The notes beneath the pieces were generated by a model. It was not told where the DNA came from and made no database searches. It worked only from the letters and a program-made list of their open reading frames with translations. A stretch of 43,831 nt of DNA from Craspedostauros australis (lineage: Eukaryota). Shown here one piece after another: positions 39,601 to 43,831 of this stretch; within the stretch, counting starts at the first letter, position 1, and each line of letters begins with the position of its first letter. The translations under genes were made by a program, and so were the position numbers. The DNA lies in contig JALAGF010000837.1 in the NCBI GenBank assembly GCA_030167865.1, forward strand, positions 1 to 43,831, in the 5' to 3' direction.

Positions 39601-40343
39601 AACGAATCCCTTGCTGTTCCATTCATGTAAGTTGGAAAGAAGTCGTACAGCACCCAGCTACGAGTTCTTGTCTTGGGAAGTGCGCGGCGCACTCGTGTCA
39701 TGCTGAATGCGTTGGTAACCTGATGCCAGAAGTGTGTCATGGCAACGGAAGCATCAAGAGCCTCTTCCACTCAATAGAGGAGTATCTTCTTTACATTGCC
39801 GTCCTCCAGGATCCTTCCTGCCCGGCCGGAGTCATGGAGGACATCCCTGGCGGCATTTCATTTTCATCTCACCATGTGTTTCTATTTTCTGTGGATAAAT
39901 TCTTTGCTCCGGCCTTGGCCGTTCCCGTCGTGCCAAATCCCCGTGCTTCATGCTCCTCCCACGAATGCTCAAACGAAATGCGCTGTCTTACTCGCTGTCT
40001 CATTCGAACACGAATACAAATACAAACACAAACACACCACAACTGGATGCGCCACAGGGCTGGGTTGGCTGTCGGCCTTGTCGTCACAGGAGTGTTGTTC
40101 GGGATTATCAGTAGCTCGGTCAGCACGGTCATCGTTTGCTTCGCATCCAACCCAGTGGATTTCGAAACGAATCACCCCAAGCTTAGCCAGGAAATGAGGA
40201 ATGCCTGGCGGGAGGTTTGGCCGGGATGCATGGATGTTGTGGACATGAGAGTGGCAGTCGCGACCTTCATGGACAGCACCAGGAGCATGCCGGAACAACG
40301 AGCCTTCTTCCCCAGCGGAGAGCAGCAGCCGCTCATTTCGTAA
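36672..40343 (+). CDS. Choline transporter-like protein (CTL/SLC44/PNS1 family), 3 exons, ~929 aa
   Basis: Exons 36672-38636, 39088-39626, 40058-40343 (2790 nt, GT-AG introns). Motifs CRD..FLLLFL.H, RIPFAAANL, YYWT..V..N.V.VT.AGV.G.WW, GSICFGSL, FN.WAFTYVGLYG, LF..RGW..I..DDL, TV.VCFA..P. Confidence 0.9.
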
Positions 40344-41018
40344 CTATCCAATTATGTGTGAGCTCGACTCGACTCTACTCGAGTGCCCTCTCATCGTGTT
40401 TGTGGGAGATGATATCCTAGAATACACGCATTTGCACGCTGTTGGAAGAAAGCATTGTTCACCTAGCCCTGCCTCAAGCATGGAAGAGTAAAACTGATAT
40501 AGGTACCATTACTCGTATAATACGAAGTTATGCATCCTCTCGCGCAGTCGTGGTCTGTTCACAACAAGAGCGCATGGTGCAAGTACAGGTACAACTGCGA
40601 GTGCGAATACAACTGCCACAGCACCTACCGCGCATAGCTCATGCTCTAGTGTTGCCACGAGTACCATGGATATGCGAACTGTGCGTGGTAATGGTTTGCT
40701 CTGCTCTAATGTACTCCTCGCCAGTTGTTGATGTTTGGCCACAGAGCCACACCCGCAAAGTCAGTCAATAGATTGTATGAGTACGGGAAGCCGCATGCTG
40801 CCTTATGTACGCTACAATAATAATAATAACCACAATGACTAACCCAAGAAAGGGGTGCCCCGAGGGCTTTAGGCTCGCCCGACCGCGACGCACGGCCACG
40901 GCCAGGTCGAGCATTACAAACAAGAGCGCCTGCCACGCCCACTCACTAAATCCAGACGACCACCGTGCCTAGGGCGCCGGACCTGAGACCCGTCCCCGCC
41001 AAACGGCCGCCTTGCTAC

Positions 41019-41115
41019 GGGCCCACGGCCCCAGCCGAAGGCGATCGGCCTGCACCCGAGCTGCCGGAGGCGGCCCGGGTTCGGGCCCGATCGTCTTCGG
41101 CTGGGGCTGGGGCCC
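41019..41115. repeat. GC-rich inverted repeat (hairpin 1) in retroelement 3' UTR
   Basis: 41028-41048 gccccagccgaaggcgatcgg pairs with 41087-41107 ccgatcgtcttcggctggggc (20/21). The inner stem acccgagctgcc/ggcggcccgggt and outer gggccc pairs extend it. Confidence 0.85.
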
Positions 41116-41146
41116 ACTCACGTGCCGACACGGGAAGCGCGTCACC

Positions 41147-43831
41147 TCAATCGCCCACCATGCCCAGCCGAAGGCGCTCTGCCCTGCACAGGCCGCCGCA
41201 GGCGGCCTGTGCTCGGGCTGGAGCGCCTTCGGCGTCTGTATCGTCGACCACAATGCCCCGATAGTCGCCATCGTCCTCCCTGCTGTACCATGCAAACTCG
41301 CCTGACCCTCCCGTATCTGGTGGATTCGAGCCGACCGCACTGCCGCCGGAGTCCGCCGCCTCCACAGCGACATTGTCCGGGGCCCGTGCACGCACTGCGC
41401 GCACAAACCGAAGCCATGCTCGTCTCGTGTCAGCCCCCGCCAACGGACTAGGTGCAGCACCACTCCCGGCCACTGCCAAGTCGCACCCCTCCCACCCACT
41501 GAAACCGTTGTGTCTCTCCGTGACCTCCTCTAGCTCCTCACGTCGCGCACTCATCGCGGCGAGGACTGCCGCCTCCGCTTGCTTAGCCTGATTACGACAC
41601 CGCCACATGCTGTGCACAAAGCGCCAACCTGCCAGAACCGCGTCGCGGGCCCAGGACTCCACGGTGTAGAAACGCCGTCCCGACCCGTGCTCCACGAACC
41701 ACCTCTGTTGCTGCTCACACCAATCTCGCGGTATCCAGCCCATGAGAACGGGCCACCATCGCACAGGAACCTCCTCCTGGAAGCCCTCCCTCACAGCACG
41801 GCCACAGAACCCCCGAAGACTTGAGTAGACCAAGCTGACAAGCGGACCACTCGTACCGATGGTCTCCAACTCCTCCACGTACTGTTGAAAGCACTCCTCC
41901 CAGCCTCCTCCTGAAGCTGAACACCTGACCACATGCATAACGGACTCGGCCTGCCCACACCACGGGCACCGCTCTTCGGCGCCGTACTGCTTCAGCTTGA
42001 CGCCGACCCCGATAAAGCCCGTGGACATCTTTGCCACAAACAGCCGCTGCTTCCAGGATGCTCTCGCACATGCACTTCGGCGCCCGTGGGCCTCAATAGA
42101 GCCGCTGTCCTGTCGCACTCGCCCCATTTTCTTGTCCCAATAGGTCTCAACCGCCCCGCCTACCACTGCATCATGTATGCCTGCGGCCGCCCAAGACGAC
42201 TTCATGTCTCCCACGTACAACTTCCAGGCAAATGAGCCGTCGCTGCGCCACTGGGGTGGTGTCTTGTGCTGCATCTTGTCCCAGTACTTTTTGGCCTCCG
42301 AATCGCAGTGGACATTGAGAAGCGCCCATTGATCCAGCACTTCCGACTGGTCGTCCTGGTGCCCTCGCACCCACCGGAAACGCACCGCCACAGCCAACCT
42401 CCGACGCAGCGCCTTGATATGATCTAGCATATCGAACGACGGCCTGCCCACATGTGCCACTCCATCCCTGCTGTTCTCCATCGCCTTCATCCCGTCTAAC
42501 CCTATCACTACCGGTCCTGGTCCGAGGTCGCCGCCCCTTTCCAGCTCCACGAGCTCACGCAGAACCCCAGCCACTCCAGCTAGTTCACTTCGGTACGCCG
42601 ACTGCACTTCCCTTGCCCCTGGCACTACGTTGCACCCCGTGCGCTGCACCCCGGAGTCCATGATGTGTAAGACGTAGGCCGACGTCCCAAATCCTCGCTT
42701 GAACGAGCCATCACTGACCGCCATAAGATCCCCTCTGCGAATGGCCGCTCTCAGTTCCGCGTCTGACGCATCGCCCGACACCTGGTCCCGCTCCCAGGCT
42801 TGATTTGAACCGTCGGGCTTGTCGCGCGGAGTATTTGGCACTGTCTCCCCTATTCGTGGCGTTTCTACCACTGCGAGCACCACCCCATGGGGGTTCACAC
42901 ACTGGACGGAGGAGCGCCGGGCATGCGTAGGCAGGCGTGCGCTCACCTCGTTGGTGGCTTGGAACTCCGCCCTTCTTGCCCTCCGACCTTGCGTCCTGCG
43001 CCACACTCGGAAGCCGGAGTCCAACCGCTGCCATGCGACACCGTCGTCATTGGGCCGTCGCCACCACAACCACCCCCTGTCATCCCGCAGCCACGCCTGC
43101 ATTCGTCGTCGTAAGCGCAGATGGCGGCCCTCCGTCAATCCTTCAATCCACTCTTGCCACAGCAGCCAGTGTTTGCGGGTAAGCTTCCGTGGCACGCGAG
43201 GGCGCCCGCTGGATCCCTGGGTTCCCGCCTGAACTCCGTCAAAGGCCAGTCGCATGATGCTGGTACCATCCGCTGTCACCATATCCGCAAGGGTAACCAC
43301 CCCCAGTTGCATGCGGCATTCATTGAGCACCGCCTTCTGCTTGGAGCTATACCCCTGACAGCGCCAGCTGTCCAGCAAGAACACATCTCCCACTCGTTGT
43401 CTCTCGATTGACACCCCCGTCTCCACAATGGAAACACCGAAGCGCTGGGCGTTCGACCACACTTGGGTCACCCACGTCGGCGTGATGTGGCCCTTGCATT
43501 CGGCAAAGCTTTGCTGGAAAAGTGGTCCGCCTCCGGCGGTCTCAAGCTTGGTTTGTTCGATCGACAGCTGGATCATTCGGCCTGTGATGGAGCCTGTGTT
43601 CACCTCATGAGCCATCGACTGTATTTGCACCGACAGCTGCCAAACCGCGGGGTTGCGCATCCCAATCCCCCCATGGGCCCTGGGCCCGTAAAGCACAGCT
43701 CTTGGGAACGACCGGGCCACACCCCCTCGGGGAAGGGCCTTAGTCCAAATCGGCGCGTATATGAAGTCCCACTGCCGTTGGGTAAGAGTGATTGCCTCCA
43801 TGGGGTATTCCAACGTCTTAGTAATCCTCGT
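41147..43831 (-). CDS. Retrotransposon polyprotein, C-terminal part (post-RT region, RNase H, zinc knuckle); 5'-partial
   Basis: Frame is open to the window end (TRITKTLEYPM...). RNase H acidic residues in VSDGS, SELAG, LDG and HCD, plus WVRGHQD (~42280-42730); CPWCGQAESVMHVVRC at ~41920-41970. Confidence 0.85.
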   Translation of the reverse strand, partial: TRITKTLEYPMEAITLTQRQWDFIYAPIWTKALPRGGVARSFPRAVLYGPRAHGGIGMRNPAVWQLSVQIQSMAHEVNTGSITGRMIQLSIEQTKLETAGGGPLFQQSFAECKGHITPTWVTQVWSNAQRFGVSIVETGVSIERQRVGDVFLLDSWRCQGYSSKQKAVLNECRMQLGVVTLADMVTADGTSIMRLAFDGVQAGTQGSSGRPRVPRKLTRKHWLLWQEWIEGLTEGRHLRLRRRMQAWLRDDRGWLWWRRPNDDGVAWQRLDSGFRVWRRTQGRRARRAEFQATNEVSARLPTHARRSSVQCVNPHGVVLAVVETPRIGETVPNTPRDKPDGSNQAWERDQVSGDASDAELRAAIRRGDLMAVSDGSFKRGFGTSAYVLHIMDSGVQRTGCNVVPGAREVQSAYRSELAGVAGVLRELVELERGGDLGPGPVVIGLDGMKAMENSRDGVAHVGRPSFDMLDHIKALRRRLAVAVRFRWVRGHQDDQSEVLDQWALLNVHCDSEAKKYWDKMQHKTPPQWRSDGSFAWKLYVGDMKSSWAAAGIHDAVVGGAVETYWDKKMGRVRQDSGSIEAHGRRSACARASWKQRLFVAKMSTGFIGVGVKLKQYGAEERCPWCGQAESVMHVVRCSASGGGWEECFQQYVEELETIGTSGPLVSLVYSSLRGFCGRAVREGFQEEVPVRWWPVLMGWIPRDWCEQQQRWFVEHGSGRRFYTVESWARDAVLAGWRFVHSMWRCRNQAKQAEAAVLAAMSARREELEEVTERHNGFSGWEGCDLAVAGSGAAPSPLAGADTRRAWLRFVRAVRARAPDNVAVEAADSGGSAVGSNPPDTGGSGEFAWYSREDDGDYRGIVVDDTDAEGAPARAQAACGGLCRAERLRLGMVGD
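41167..41233. repeat. GC-rich inverted repeat (hairpin 2) over the last codons of the retroelement ORF
   Basis: Perfect 13-bp gccgaaggcgctc/gagcgccttcggc, 4-bp gccc/gggc and perfect 12-bp gcacaggccgcc/ggcggcctgtgc around a 3-nt loop. Confidence 0.85.

Larger units (their letters stand above)
40760..43831 (-). mobile_element. Non-LTR retrotransposon with RNase H (Ambal-like), 3' portion; 5' part lies beyond the window
   Basis: Uninterrupted intronless ORF running off the window edge, visibly more GC-rich than flanking genes. Contains a post-RT segment (LEYPM...ALPRGG..RSFPRAVLYGP..HGG.G), RNase H, a CCHC knuckle and a W..RN motif. The 3' boundary is approximate (40760-40830). Confidence 0.8.

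Overview
Eukaryotic, intron-containing DNA, most likely a diatom. Evidence: a bipartite plastid-targeting leader, a DUF6824-type gene and an Ambal-like retroelement. I can support 11 host genes and reconstructed their exons by hand from GT-AG junctions that restore conserved motifs in frame. In order: plastid/thylakoid TPR protein (+), COQ10 (+), GT49 LARGE/B4GAT1-like glycosyltransferase (-), plant-type trifunctional tRNA ligase (+), a 5-exon ~1961-aa secreted protein joining two GH99-like domains, a G8 domain, two CBM-like modules and a beta-helix (-), cytosolic CDC48 (-), PAXBP1/GCFC/ILP1-like splicing factor (-), phosducin-like protein (+), DHHC palmitoyltransferase (-), DUF6824 protein (-) and a choline-transporter-like protein (+). 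The window ends in the 3' part of an uninterrupted non-LTR retrotransposon with RNase H and a CCHC knuckle (-). The most unusual observations are the GH99/pseudo-GH99/G8/CBM/beta-helix fusion (split into five ORFs in the track), two related long GC-rich hairpins at the retroelement 3' end, the plant-type RNA ligase in a probable stramenopile, and AT-rich inverted-repeat islands upstream of genes. All family calls come from motif recognition by eye; no searches were run.
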